A stretch of 62,693 bases of DNA, the filler included, from Methanobacteriota archaeon (GTDB lineage Archaea > JACRDV01), in the NCBI GenBank assembly GCA_024860865.1. It is 5 parts of 5 records of this genome, joined end to end, with 100 filler letters (N's around TTAATTAATTAA, not from the genome) between each part and the next. Parts side by side here need not be neighbours in the genome. Positions count along the whole stretch, not along the records: positions 1 to 23,713 come from JACRDV010000108.1; 4 more parts are not named here. One strand, written 5' to 3'. The position numbers and the translations under genes were made by a program. The notes under the pieces are model-generated. The model searched no databases. It was not told the origin of the DNA and was given only the letters and a program-made list of their open reading frames with translations. This document shows, in pieces, positions 10,646 through 20,198 of this stretch (within the stretch, counting starts at the first letter, position 1; each line of letters starts with the position of its first letter).

Positions 10646-12070
10646 TTATTTTTTTCTTCTTGAAGAATTTCTTAGTATCTCGTAAAGGAGCAAAGGTATT
10701 ACGGTCAAAATTAGTACTGTGGTTGGTCCACATATCCCCTTGGTTGGCACGTTAATAGTTGATTTTTTGCTAGCCATTTCTACAATTGGTATTTTCATAG
10801 CTCCTTTGCCAAAGAGAGAGTCGATAAGATATTGAGGAGCTGTTCTATAATTTAGCCTAGCTTCTGCTGTGATTGGCCCTTTGATATCAGTAGGTAATTT
10901 GAAGGTGTATTTTTCTATAGCTGTTCCTTTTGGAGGTATACGTTTATCAAAAAGCACGCTCTCAGCTAGCCACACTTTAGGTGTTGGCTTGCCTTGCGCA
11001 TCCGCCAAGACAGTGTGATAAATGGTTGCATTTGGATCTATATTTCCATCAGCATCTAATTCACCAGATTTAAAAATTTCCTTTCCCTTAGCATCCTTTA
11101 CGGTTAGCTCCAACCACATCTCCCGAGCTTCAGTTAAGCCAGTAGGTAATTTATGTCCACAACCAACATTTGAAATTGTTATTTCAACGGTAATCATGTC
11201 ACCAATTGCAGCAGTTGATGGGACACTTATGTCCAGCACCGCCGCGGCCTTTAACCTCTGGATTGCTAATTCTCTGTGCTTTGAAGACTCTGTGTATATA
11301 GTATTCCCTCCAACAAAATAATGGGTATAAATGTGCTCACGTTCTGGACCCATGGTCGCAGCTTTTCCTGGATTCCTCTGAAATTTTGTTACTCCAGGAG
11401 TCATATGGCAGTCTTGGCATTGAACTCCTTCTTTAGAGTAAGGCCCTTCTTTCCATTCGGTATATGTGCTTTCTAAGGGTAACTTGTTAACCGGATGACT
11501 TACATCGTGACACATGCCGCAAAATTCAGCTTTAGTATGCAATACTGAAAACTGAGTCTCGTGGAAGGGAGAAACAGCATCCTTGAATGGACCTCTTTTG
11601 ACTTTCCCAGGTGAAGAAACATAAGGGGCGTTACCTATCCCCTTACTTTCAGAAACAGTGTGACAAAAATCACATTGCACACCTTTCTTGGCAATATCAC
11701 TTAATTTCGAGCCATCTACCGGGGGTACTTCTCCAGAAACCAAACCTACAGGAGTATGACAGCGGGCACAGAAAGTATCTGTAAGACCATTTGTCTCCTT
11801 GCTTGCTAAGATGAAAAGTTTTTGATAGAATTGATCTTGATCCGAATTGGAGTGCATTGATCCCTTCCATTGGGCATAAATATCTGTATGGCATCCTCCG
11901 CATGTCTCTGGACTGGTAAACTGATTAGACTTCAATTCGCCGAATTCAGTTTGACGGGTAACTTCGCTTAAGGCATTGATTGCTTCTTCATGAGTAGTCG
12001 CAACTAGTGTAATTGAAAGAAGAAATCCTATAATAGTTGCTAAAAATAATTTATTCAACCTTACTTTCAA
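10646..12070 (-). CDS. Exported multiheme cytochrome c (5 CxxCH) with CGP-CTERM-like anchor
   Basis: Signal peptide; CGGCH, CARCH, CDFCH, CGMCH, CQDCH; KGICGPT followed by a TM helix and basic tail. Confidence 0.88.
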   Translation of the reverse strand: MKVRLNKLFLATIIGFLLSITLVATTHEEAINALSEVTRQTEFGELKSNQFTSPETCGGCHTDIYAQWKGSMHSNSDQDQFYQKLFILASKETNGLTDTFCARCHTPVGLVSGEVPPVDGSKLSDIAKKGVQCDFCHTVSESKGIGNAPYVSSPGKVKRGPFKDAVSPFHETQFSVLHTKAEFCGMCHDVSHPVNKLPLESTYTEWKEGPYSKEGVQCQDCHMTPGVTKFQRNPGKAATMGPEREHIYTHYFVGGNTIYTESSKHRELAIQRLKAAAVLDISVPSTAAIGDMITVEITISNVGCGHKLPTGLTEAREMWLELTVKDAKGKEIFKSGELDADGNIDPNATIYHTVLADAQGKPTPKVWLAESVLFDKRIPPKGTAIEKYTFKLPTDIKGPITAEARLNYRTAPQYLIDSLFGKGAMKIPIVEMASKKSTINVPTKGICGPTTVLILTVIPLLLYEILRNSSRRKK

Positions 12071-12149
12071 ATCAATTCTTCCGCTTTCCTACTTTCTTAA
12101 CATTACTATTTTAATTTAATAAGTTTTCTATTCGAGCAAGTATGTCGTC

Positions 12150-13649
12150 TCAGCTTGAAAGCAATTTTATTGCCTTATTAAGTATTGTATTTGCTTTTAA
12201 AAGAACCTGCTTATGCTCTTGAAGTATTTTCTCAGACTGAGCAATTATTTTTTTATGAATTTTTAGAGAACGCAAGACTTCTCTTGGGGCTGGTCCGCCA
12301 ATAATTGATCTTTTCTCAACAAATTTTTTCGGGTCAAGTGCAGCTTGAACTGTTTTATTAGATAATCCAAGAGATTTACCAATTACATCTCTTGCAACTT
12401 CATCAATTAACTCTGAGTTAATCTCGGCAGGAGTTTTGCAAGATTCGATAGCCTTAGCGACTGCTTTACCAACTATCGTATGAGCTGTTCTAAATGGCAA
12501 ATTTTTTTCTCTTACAATAGTATCCGCTAGCTCTGTCGCTGTTGAAAAGTTTGAAGAAGCGAGCTGCATCATGCGCTCTTTTTTAATTGTCATTGTTGAG
12601 AGCATATTAGCTAATACTGGTAAAGTTGATTTTGCAACATCTACGGCATCCCAAAGTAAAGGAGTTAATTCTTGAAAGTCGCGATTATAACTAGTAGGAA
12701 CTGCTTTTAAAATCATAAATGCGCCAGTTAAATCTCCAAGCACTCTTCCAGTTTTTGCTCTTATTAACTCAGCTACATCTGGATTCTTTTTTTGCGGCAT
12801 TATGCTACTTGTTGAGCTATACTCTTCAGCTAGTTCAATCATTCCAAATTCATATGTGCTCCATAGAATAATTTCTTCAGCTAATCTGCCTACATTAATC
12901 ATTAATGTTCCCAAAGCCGATAATGTTTCAACTAAAAAATCTCTTGATGTAACTGCATCTAATGAATTCTCAATTAAACTATTAAACCCAAGTAACTCCG
13001 CAGTTCTTTTTCTGTCAATTGGAAAACCTGTGGTTGCAATTGCTGCTGCGCCGAGTGGGCTTTTATTTACGTTAAGATAGGCTTGATCCAAACGAGCCAA
13101 GTCGCGCCCAAATGCGTCTACGTAAGAGATCAAATAATGTGCAAAAGTAATTGGCTGAGCGTGTTGGAGATGAGTGTATCCCAAGGTAACTGTTTCAACA
13201 TTTTCAGCAGCAAGATCGAGTAATACTTTTTGAAGCTTAATTAATGACTCTGAAATTAAATTCAGCTCTGCGCGCAAAGCTATCCTTAAATCAGTTGAGA
13301 CCAAGTCATTTCTGCTGCGACCAGTATGAATTCTTCCGCCAACATCCTCGCCTAACTTTTCAATTAAATACTTTTCAACTGCAATATGAATATCTTCACT
13401 AGTTGTATCAAGAGCTTCAAAACCTTTGTCCTCTAAATCTTCAAGAACTTTTAGAATTTTGCTTGTTACTGCTTTTGAAATAATTTTTTTCTCAGCCAGC
13501 ATAATAGCATGAGCTTTATTAACAAGTATATCTGCATTGAATATCCTTCTATCAATTAAAAATGAAGAGGTATAGCTAATTGCGTCTTCACTCATTTTCT
13601 CTTTAAATCTTCCAATTCTAATGATATCTTTGCTGGACATAAAACTCAC
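12150..13649 (-). CDS. argH: Argininosuccinate lyase
   Basis: HTGRSRND, YTHLQHAQP, SSIMPQKKNPD. Confidence 0.95.
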   Translation of the reverse strand: MSFMSSKDIIRIGRFKEKMSEDAISYTSSFLIDRRIFNADILVNKAHAIMLAEKKIISKAVTSKILKVLEDLEDKGFEALDTTSEDIHIAVEKYLIEKLGEDVGGRIHTGRSRNDLVSTDLRIALRAELNLISESLIKLQKVLLDLAAENVETVTLGYTHLQHAQPITFAHYLISYVDAFGRDLARLDQAYLNVNKSPLGAAAIATTGFPIDRKRTAELLGFNSLIENSLDAVTSRDFLVETLSALGTLMINVGRLAEEIILWSTYEFGMIELAEEYSSTSSIMPQKKNPDVAELIRAKTGRVLGDLTGAFMILKAVPTSYNRDFQELTPLLWDAVDVAKSTLPVLANMLSTMTIKKERMMQLASSNFSTATELADTIVREKNLPFRTAHTIVGKAVAKAIESCKTPAEINSELIDEVARDVIGKSLGLSNKTVQAALDPKKFVEKRSIIGGPAPREVLRSLKIHKKIIAQSEKILQEHKQVLLKANTILNKAIKLLSS

Positions 13650-13664
13650 TATCTTTTTTTGTCA

Positions 13665-13802
13665 TCAATCTAAAAATAGATCAAATATTAGCACGGTACC
13701 GCCCTTGTCTAAAAAATTCAGCAATACTCTTATTTGCTCCTTTGAATCGACATTAATTTTTATGCCAAATGCTGGCAGTAGATAAGTTGTATCTAAAACC
13801 AC
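13665..13802 (-). pseudogene. Truncated PIN/VapC toxin N-terminus
   Basis: VVLDTTYLLPAFGI... is a typical archaeal VapC start; ends after 45 aa. Confidence 0.6.
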
Positions 13803-13870
13803 TTTTCTGATGATAGAAAATTCACAGAAATTTATATTACCAGATATATTAAGTTATTTCAGGTGATAGT

Positions 13871-14101
13871 TTGGCTGTTGCTCTCGGCAAAGTTGGGAGT
13901 AAAGGAGAACTTTTTCCTCCAAAAGAGATAAAGGAAGAAGCTGAGTTTAAGCCTGGAGATATGGTCGTCTTTAAAGCTGAAAAGGGCAAGATTGAAGTGA
14001 TTAAAGTTCCTACAATCAAAGAAGCCTTTAACCAGAAAAGCTTCGCTAAAATTTCTTTTAAAGAATTTGAGGAAATGACGGAAGAGGTTATAGGGCCATA
14101 A
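13871..14101 (+). CDS. AbrB/MazE/SpoVT-family antitoxin
   Basis: KVGSKGELFPPKEIKE..FKPGD; GGTGA RBS. Confidence 0.85.
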   Translation: MAVALGKVGSKGELFPPKEIKEEAEFKPGDMVVFKAEKGKIEVIKVPTIKEAFNQKSFAKISFKEFEEMTEEVIGP

Positions 14102-14329
14102 TTGTCTTTTCAGATTTTCTGTTCACATTTCGGGATAATCAAATCTTTGGTTTAGACAACTTCTGAAGGAAAGTGCACTCAACATAAATGAGAACTTGGA
14201 AGGAAAAAACGAGAGTATTTAGTTGCAATTGGGCTGAGGGATAATTAACTTAACTAAAGTATCATATGAAACTAAAGTTTAAGACTTAAGGAAATATTTT
14301 TATTTGACTTTTAAAAGCTGAAAGGCAGA

Positions 14330-15913
14330 TTAAAGTCCTTTTGCCATATACGGGCCTTCTTTTTCATAACCAAATCTTCGATAATATTCTCGAGTGCCAA
14401 TTGCGCTTGTAATTAACATTTTATTTTTATCATATTCTTCAAAAGCAATCCGTTCCGCTTCTTGCAGAAGTTTTTTACCAAACTCCCTATGTTGCCAAGC
14501 CTCTGGAATCCTCTCTCCAATCGGAACAACTGGCCCATAAACTCTAAGTTCTCTAATTAATGCTGTTTTGCCAGTTACCTCTGGCCTATGAGCCATTTCT
14601 GATGGAATTCTTAATCTCAAAAATCCAATTAATATGTCATTTTTTATGTCTTCAAATGACAGAAAAATTTCTTCTCCTTTAGATGCATCATATTTTTCAG
14701 TCAAGAGTTTAATATCTTCAGCTGAAGGCTGGATCCCATATTTATACCAAACGTGCCCAACTTCCCGGCAACGAATACATTTACAACGAATGTTCAGCTC
14801 TTTCAATTTATTTAATACAATATCCCCTAAGTTGCTCTTTTTAACTCCCGCTTCAATTAATCTGCTTGGAATATCCCTTTGAATGCGCATCGTTCTGATC
14901 CATTTTGGCATGTACTTTTTGACTTCTGTTATCAAATTAATTGCATCTTCATCTGTGAAAGCTTTGTATTCTCCGTTTTTCCACCATTCATATAATTTCG
15001 TTCCCTTTACAACTAGTGTTGGATAAATTTTTAGCATGTCAGGCTTAAAATTCGGATTGCTAAAAACTTCCTCAAACATCTTTAAATCTTTTTCATAATC
15101 TGATCCGGGTAGACCCGGCATAAGATGTGCTACTATCTTAAGGCCAGCATCTTTTAAAATTCTTATCGCTTCTATCGTATCTTTTACGCTATGGCCTCTT
15201 TCAACTTTCTCAAGAATTTCATCGCAGATACTTTGAACACCTATTTCTACTCTTGTTGCCCCAAATCTCAGCATATTGTCAACATGTTGTTCTTTACAAT
15301 AATCCGGCCTTGTCTCGAAAGTTAATCCCACATTTCTGAGCTCAGAAGTTTCAGCATTTAATTGGGCTTCTTTAAGAGTTTGAGCTGGCTTCTCTGAAAT
15401 AGCTTCCAATGCCCTTTTAGTAAGCCATTCTTGGTAATAGAGGGGGAGAGCTGTAAAAGTTCCACCCATCACAATCAAGTCGATCTTCTCAACAACGTGT
15501 CCGATTTGTTTGAGCTGATTAATTCTAGCTTTAACTTGAGCATATGGGTCAAAGTTATGACTTTTCGCCCTCAATGCCGCTGGCTCTTCGCCGGTGTAAG
15601 ATTGTGGTGTTCCAACAGCTGGACCACCAGGGCAATAAGCGCAAGGTGCTTCCTTAGGACAAGGGTATGGCTTGGTCATAATAGCAACAACAGCAATGCC
15701 AGAGACCGTCCTTACAGGTTTTTTTCTTAGAAGGCCCAAAATTTCTCGGCGCTCAGTTTCTGTGGCAACGCCGAGTATATCGGCATCAGTTGGAATCTCT
15801 GAGAGATGATACTTTTTACAGTACTTTAACTTAATCTGTTCAAGTTCTGTTTTTGAAGCAGTTCTTTTCTCAATTATTTCTCTAATGATTTCACGATAGA
15901 TATTGCTTTCCAA
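14330..15913 (-). CDS. elp3: Elp3 radical-SAM/KAT tRNA U34 modification enzyme
   Basis: CPxxxxCAYCPGG, ETRPD, KIYPTLV, RELRVYG, WQHREFG. Confidence 0.95.
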   Translation of the reverse strand: MESNIYREIIREIIEKRTASKTELEQIKLKYCKKYHLSEIPTDADILGVATETERREILGLLRKKPVRTVSGIAVVAIMTKPYPCPKEAPCAYCPGGPAVGTPQSYTGEEPAALRAKSHNFDPYAQVKARINQLKQIGHVVEKIDLIVMGGTFTALPLYYQEWLTKRALEAISEKPAQTLKEAQLNAETSELRNVGLTFETRPDYCKEQHVDNMLRFGATRVEIGVQSICDEILEKVERGHSVKDTIEAIRILKDAGLKIVAHLMPGLPGSDYEKDLKMFEEVFSNPNFKPDMLKIYPTLVVKGTKLYEWWKNGEYKAFTDEDAINLITEVKKYMPKWIRTMRIQRDIPSRLIEAGVKKSNLGDIVLNKLKELNIRCKCIRCREVGHVWYKYGIQPSAEDIKLLTEKYDASKGEEIFLSFEDIKNDILIGFLRLRIPSEMAHRPEVTGKTALIRELRVYGPVVPIGERIPEAWQHREFGKKLLQEAERIAFEEYDKNKMLITSAIGTREYYRRFGYEKEGPYMAKGL

Positions 15914-15979
15914 AATTCTCCCTAAAAATTAGATTAGTAGAACTTGCTTAAAAATATTAAACAAAATAAAACTTCGATA

Positions 15980-16801
15980 TTACCTTTCGCTTATAACTGG
16001 ATTCCTTAAAATTCCAATTTTTTCAATTTCAGCTTCGATTATATCACCAGGTTTGAACGGACCAACTCCAGGCGGAGTACCTGTAGCTATTATATCTCCG
16101 GGTTCTAAAGTCATTATGTTTGAGATGAATTCAACTAAATATTCAATTGAAAAAATCATATTTTTTGTATTAGATTTTTGTTTTACTTGATTGTTAACTC
16201 TCAATTGGAGCTCAAGATTACTTGAGTTAATTTCACTTTTAGAGACTAAAGAAGGGCCAACTGGAGCAAATGTATCAAAACTTTTAGCTCTAGTCCATTG
16301 AATATCCTTTTGTTGCAAATCGCGCGCAGTTACATCGTTAAATACAGTAAAGCCAGCAATAAACTCCTTTGCTTCTAATTTAGAAACTTTCTTAGTCCTT
16401 TCGCTTATTATAATGCCAAGCTCGACTTCATAATCAACCCTTGTTGATACTTTAGGACAAACAATTGGTTCCTCTGGACCAATAACGGCAGTTGGAGGTT
16501 TCAAAAAAATAATTGGCTCATCAGGAATCGACATTTTAAGTTCTTTCGCATGGTCAATATAATTAAGACCTAAACAAACTATTTTCGAAGGATTAGTTAC
16601 CGGAGCTTTAAGTTTTATTTGGTGAATCTTATAGACTTTATAATTCTCCAAAGGTTTGTTTTCAACTTTAAATATACCGCCTTCAGTTAAGAAATCTTTC
16701 ATATCGCTATAATCTAAATCGATTATTTGATTTCCACTTAATACCCCAACTTTTATTTCTCCAATCGGGTTCTCATAGGTTACGAATTTCATAATTTTCA
16801 C
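15980..16801 (-). CDS. Fumarylacetoacetate hydrolase family protein
   Basis: GLNYIDH, DYEVEL, NDVTARD, KSFDTF, TGTPPGVG. Confidence 0.92.
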   Translation of the reverse strand: MKIMKFVTYENPIGEIKVGVLSGNQIIDLDYSDMKDFLTEGGIFKVENKPLENYKVYKIHQIKLKAPVTNPSKIVCLGLNYIDHAKELKMSIPDEPIIFLKPPTAVIGPEEPIVCPKVSTRVDYEVELGIIISERTKKVSKLEAKEFIAGFTVFNDVTARDLQQKDIQWTRAKSFDTFAPVGPSLVSKSEINSSNLELQLRVNNQVKQKSNTKNMIFSIEYLVEFISNIMTLEPGDIIATGTPPGVGPFKPGDIIEAEIEKIGILRNPVISER

Positions 16802-16838
16802 ATAATCAACTAAGATAAGATACTATGTAAAAATAGTG

Positions 16839-17636
16839 TTAGATTGGAATTATCTTGCCAGAGGCATCGCGTGTATATCTTCCAAAGGAATCCATCTTAC
16901 TTAACAACGCTGAATTAAAAATAGGTCCATCTGTACATAAATGAAAGCCATCTATTTCACATGAATCACATAATCCTATCCCACATTTGATATACCGAGA
17001 CAAACTGGCTTGAAGTTGAATTTTATGATTCTCTGATATTTCAAAAACCTTTTTTAACATTGGCTCAGGGCCACAAGCATAGATTTGGTCAAACCTCTCT
17101 TTAGAAAGCAATTGAGTCATCGCATCAGTCACTAATCCCTTTAATCCAGCTGAACCGTCATCAGTTGTAATTATGACCTTTGCTCCAGTTTTTTTAAACC
17201 GCCTAACGAAAAGGAGATCCTTTGCCGTCTTTGCTCCAACAATTACGGTGGTTTTTTTTCCTGTCAAAATAGCTTGCTCAACCAACTGCCCCAGAGGAGC
17301 GACCCCTATTCCTCCTCCAACTACTAACAATTTTTCCCCAATTATTTTGAAGTGATTGCCATATGGTCCTCTCAATCCAATAACATCTCCAACTTCATTT
17401 GAATGCAATATTGTTGTAGCTTTTCCAATCTTTTCAACAGTAATTGAAACTAAACCAGAATTTGGATCAGCATAAGAAACCGCCATAGGTTTTTCATCAA
17501 CTCTTGGAATCCAAACCATTACAAAATTACCAGGTTTCGATAATTTTGCAATATCTAAAGCTTTTAAAAAAAAGGTTTTAACTGAAGGGGTTTCTTGAAC
17601 TACTTCTAAGATTTTAAAAATGCGTGGAATATGCAT
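16839..17636 (-). CDS. pyrK: Dihydroorotate dehydrogenase electron-transfer subunit
   Basis: RGPYG, GGGIGVAP, ACGPEPM, CGIGLCDSC...LCTDGP; near pyrD. Confidence 0.9.
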   Translation of the reverse strand: MHIPRIFKILEVVQETPSVKTFFLKALDIAKLSKPGNFVMVWIPRVDEKPMAVSYADPNSGLVSITVEKIGKATTILHSNEVGDVIGLRGPYGNHFKIIGEKLLVVGGGIGVAPLGQLVEQAILTGKKTTVIVGAKTAKDLLFVRRFKKTGAKVIITTDDGSAGLKGLVTDAMTQLLSKERFDQIYACGPEPMLKKVFEISENHKIQLQASLSRYIKCGIGLCDSCEIDGFHLCTDGPIFNSALLSKMDSFGRYTRDASGKIIPI

Positions 17637-17804
17637 TAAAGAGACCCTATTGAATTAGAAATAGTAGCAATATAAAAAATTGTACATATTTAGCTTTTGC
17701 CCACTCTTGATTATTTCTACGAGGGTACTTTTGTGCTGACGATTTCCTTAAAAAAAGTTTGGCGGGTAAATAATATACAAAAAATTTAGTTAAAAAATTA
17801 GAAA

Positions 17805-18020
17805 TTATTTTTGCGCTGTTGTAATAACATCTTTACCCATTGCTAGCACGAGCTGTTCATGAGCCCTACGCAAAGCAACTTCTAGCTCTGGTCTTGGTAT
17901 GCCGAGCAAATTTAATCTCTGGCAGTTTGTGTTATTACATAAACAACAGACTTGGGTGCAACCCCTACAAACTGGAAGAAACAGGCACTCTTTTATAGCA
18001 CAATATTCCTCTTCAGCCAT
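17805..18020 (-). CDS. Small Cys-rich hypothetical protein (71 aa)
   Basis: 8 Cys in the first 33 aa; GAGG RBS and TATA-like sequence upstream. Confidence 0.6.
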   Translation of the reverse strand: MAEEEYCAIKECLFLPVCRGCTQVCCLCNNTNCQRLNLLGIPRPELEVALRRAHEQLVLAMGKDVITTAQK

Positions 18021-18136
18021 TATATTCCTCGGTTGACAATTAGAGTTTTTAATATAAATGCTTAAGTCAGACGGAAGACGCTAAAAGGGTGCTTTAAGTC
18101 AGAAGAGCATTTATTTAGTTTTAAACGTTATTTACA

Positions 18137-19048
18137 TTAATGTACAAGCCCTATTATCTCATTTAAGCTCTTATAGCCTTTTTTATCCATAAAATCAGAG
18201 ATCTCATCAGTAATCTTTTTGAAAATTTCAATTTTGTGATAATAAATTCCAGTTCCAATTTGAATTGCTTTAGCCCCTGCCATAAAAAATTCGATTGCGT
18301 CATTACCTGATGTTATACCACCAACCCCAACCACGGGTATTTTCACATTTTTGGAAATTTCATAGATACATCTAAGTGCAACTGGTTTAATACATGGTCC
18401 AGAAAATCCTCCTACCTTGTTTGCTAATATTGGTGAAGCAGTTTCAATATCAATGACCATCCCTGGGCCAAGTGAATTTATTGCTGAGATTATATCTGCT
18501 CCGGCTCTCTCAGCGCTTTTTGCAATTTCAATTATGTTTGAAACATTTGAAGAAAGTTTCACCATCACAGGAATCCTTACTTTTTTCTTAACTGTTCTCA
18601 CAACTTCAGCTGTTAACTCTGGATTTTGCCCGATCTCAATCAATCCACCAGAGTGAGGACAAGATACGTTTAATTCAAGGCCATCTGCCCCAGCACCTTC
18701 CATTACTTCTCCAACTTGAGCGAACTCATCAGGCGTCGAACCATAAATATTAGCAATAACTGGAACTTTTCCCTCCTTTGCAACTTTAATTTCTTGGCTA
18801 AACTCATAACATCCAGGATTCGGCAAACCCATTGCATTTAAAAATCCGCCTAAAACTTCAACTATTGTTGGGTTTGGGCAACCTGGATTTGGCTTTAGGC
18901 TGATCGATTTTGTAATTACAGCTCCAGCTCCTGCCTGTGCTACGCGCTTAAGCGAAGCCCCCGTAACACCAAAAACTCCAGCCGCTAACAAAGTCGGATT
19001 TTTAAGCTTTAAACCAGCAAGCTCAATTGATAATTCCATAACATACAC
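18137..19048 (-). CDS. pyrD: Dihydroorotate dehydrogenase catalytic subunit (class 1B)
   Basis: LNAMGLPNPG, ELNVSCPH, GGFSG, VGGI. Confidence 0.95.
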   Translation of the reverse strand: MYVMELSIELAGLKLKNPTLLAAGVFGVTGASLKRVAQAGAGAVITKSISLKPNPGCPNPTIVEVLGGFLNAMGLPNPGCYEFSQEIKVAKEGKVPVIANIYGSTPDEFAQVGEVMEGAGADGLELNVSCPHSGGLIEIGQNPELTAEVVRTVKKKVRIPVMVKLSSNVSNIIEIAKSAERAGADIISAINSLGPGMVIDIETASPILANKVGGFSGPCIKPVALRCIYEISKNVKIPVVGVGGITSGNDAIEFFMAGAKAIQIGTGIYYHKIEIFKKITDEISDFMDKKGYKSLNEIIGLVH

Positions 19049-19142
19049 TTCTAATATTCTTAAGAGAATTAAGCATTTTTTGAAAATAAAAATTGTTATT
19101 TGCCTTTGAAGTCAATAACTTCCACATAATGGCATGTATACT

Positions 19143-19400
19143 TTAATTATTAAAGCCATCTAGTGTTATTTGACCATTTTCATCTTTAACTAGCTCGATT
19201 TCTTTTCCAGCTTGAGCATAGTATTTCCTTCTATTTTCTCCGTCCTGGCTCAGTTTTATGTAGAATTCAACTGCTTTGTCGGTTGTGCTTCTAACTAATC
19301 TATAGAAATAGCCATCAAAGATGGCCACCCTGAGATATTTTTTTCTATGCCAAGGACCCTTTTTTGGCATTATACTCAATATTTGACCACATTTATCCAA
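19143..19400 (-). CDS. Hypothetical protein
   Basis: Plausible 85-aa ORF upstream of pyrD; no recognised motif. Confidence 0.4.
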   Translation of the reverse strand: MDKCGQILSIMPKKGPWHRKKYLRVAIFDGYFYRLVRSTTDKAVEFYIKLSQDGENRRKYYAQAGKEIELVKDENGQITLDGFNN

Positions 19401-19477
19401 GCAATAAAAATTTGCAATTTTTTAATTTAAAATCGAAATATATTTTACTGCAAACTCACAAGTGTAAAAAGACTGAT

Positions 19478-20158
19478 ATGCTCGCAAAAACAGGAATTCT
19501 AGAACTTGATGATTGCTTAAATGGCGGCTTGCCATTTAGTAAACTAATACTATTTGTAGTTGATCCTTTAGCTTCTACTGATGATATATTTTGCAGTATA
19601 GTTCATGAAGGCCTTAAAGCAAAGCAACCTGTTATTCACATTACTACAAATATCACACCAACTGCTTTAAGAGAAAAAATGTTGTCTTTTGGTATTGATG
19701 CAAAAAGTTTTGAAGCTAAAAAATTATTGTTTGTAGTAGATGCGATTACCCCAGAGGCAGGCCTTGGCGAATTTGTCACAGAGAAATACCCAGCTAAAGC
19801 TTCAGATCCGAACGACATTCATCGCATGCTTAGAGAAGCTTGGATCGATGCAGGAAGACCACAAAACTTTCGGTTAATATTAAACTCTTTATCATCTCTT
19901 TTTATATTTGGGCAAAAAACTCATGTGGTCAATTTTATTAAACACATTTCAGCTGGGGTCAACACTTATAATGAGCTTGCTTTGTTTATCTATTATGGAA
20001 AATTAACTGATGAGATAGTCAGTTCGATTCAGGAATACTTCCATGGTATTATCTATATAACTGAAGAAGAGCTCAGAAGGAGAAAGATTAACATAGTTAA
20101 GCTGCCCGGTGTGGAAGTAAAAGACAGAATAGTTAAAGTTGGGCCAGCTAAGGCATAG
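19478..20158 (+). CDS. RAD55/KaiC-like RecA-fold protein with degenerate Walker motifs
   Basis: KTGILELDDCLNGGLP start typical of KaiC/RAD55; Walker A position reads VDPLASTD and Walker B position LILNSLS. Confidence 0.75.
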   Translation: MLAKTGILELDDCLNGGLPFSKLILFVVDPLASTDDIFCSIVHEGLKAKQPVIHITTNITPTALREKMLSFGIDAKSFEAKKLLFVVDAITPEAGLGEFVTEKYPAKASDPNDIHRMLREAWIDAGRPQNFRLILNSLSSLFIFGQKTHVVNFIKHISAGVNTYNELALFIYYGKLTDEIVSSIQEYFHGIIYITEEELRRRKINIVKLPGVEVKDRIVKVGPAKA

Positions 20159-20198
20159 CAACTGCGCAAAATTGCTCAAATTTAACTACTAATCTCTG

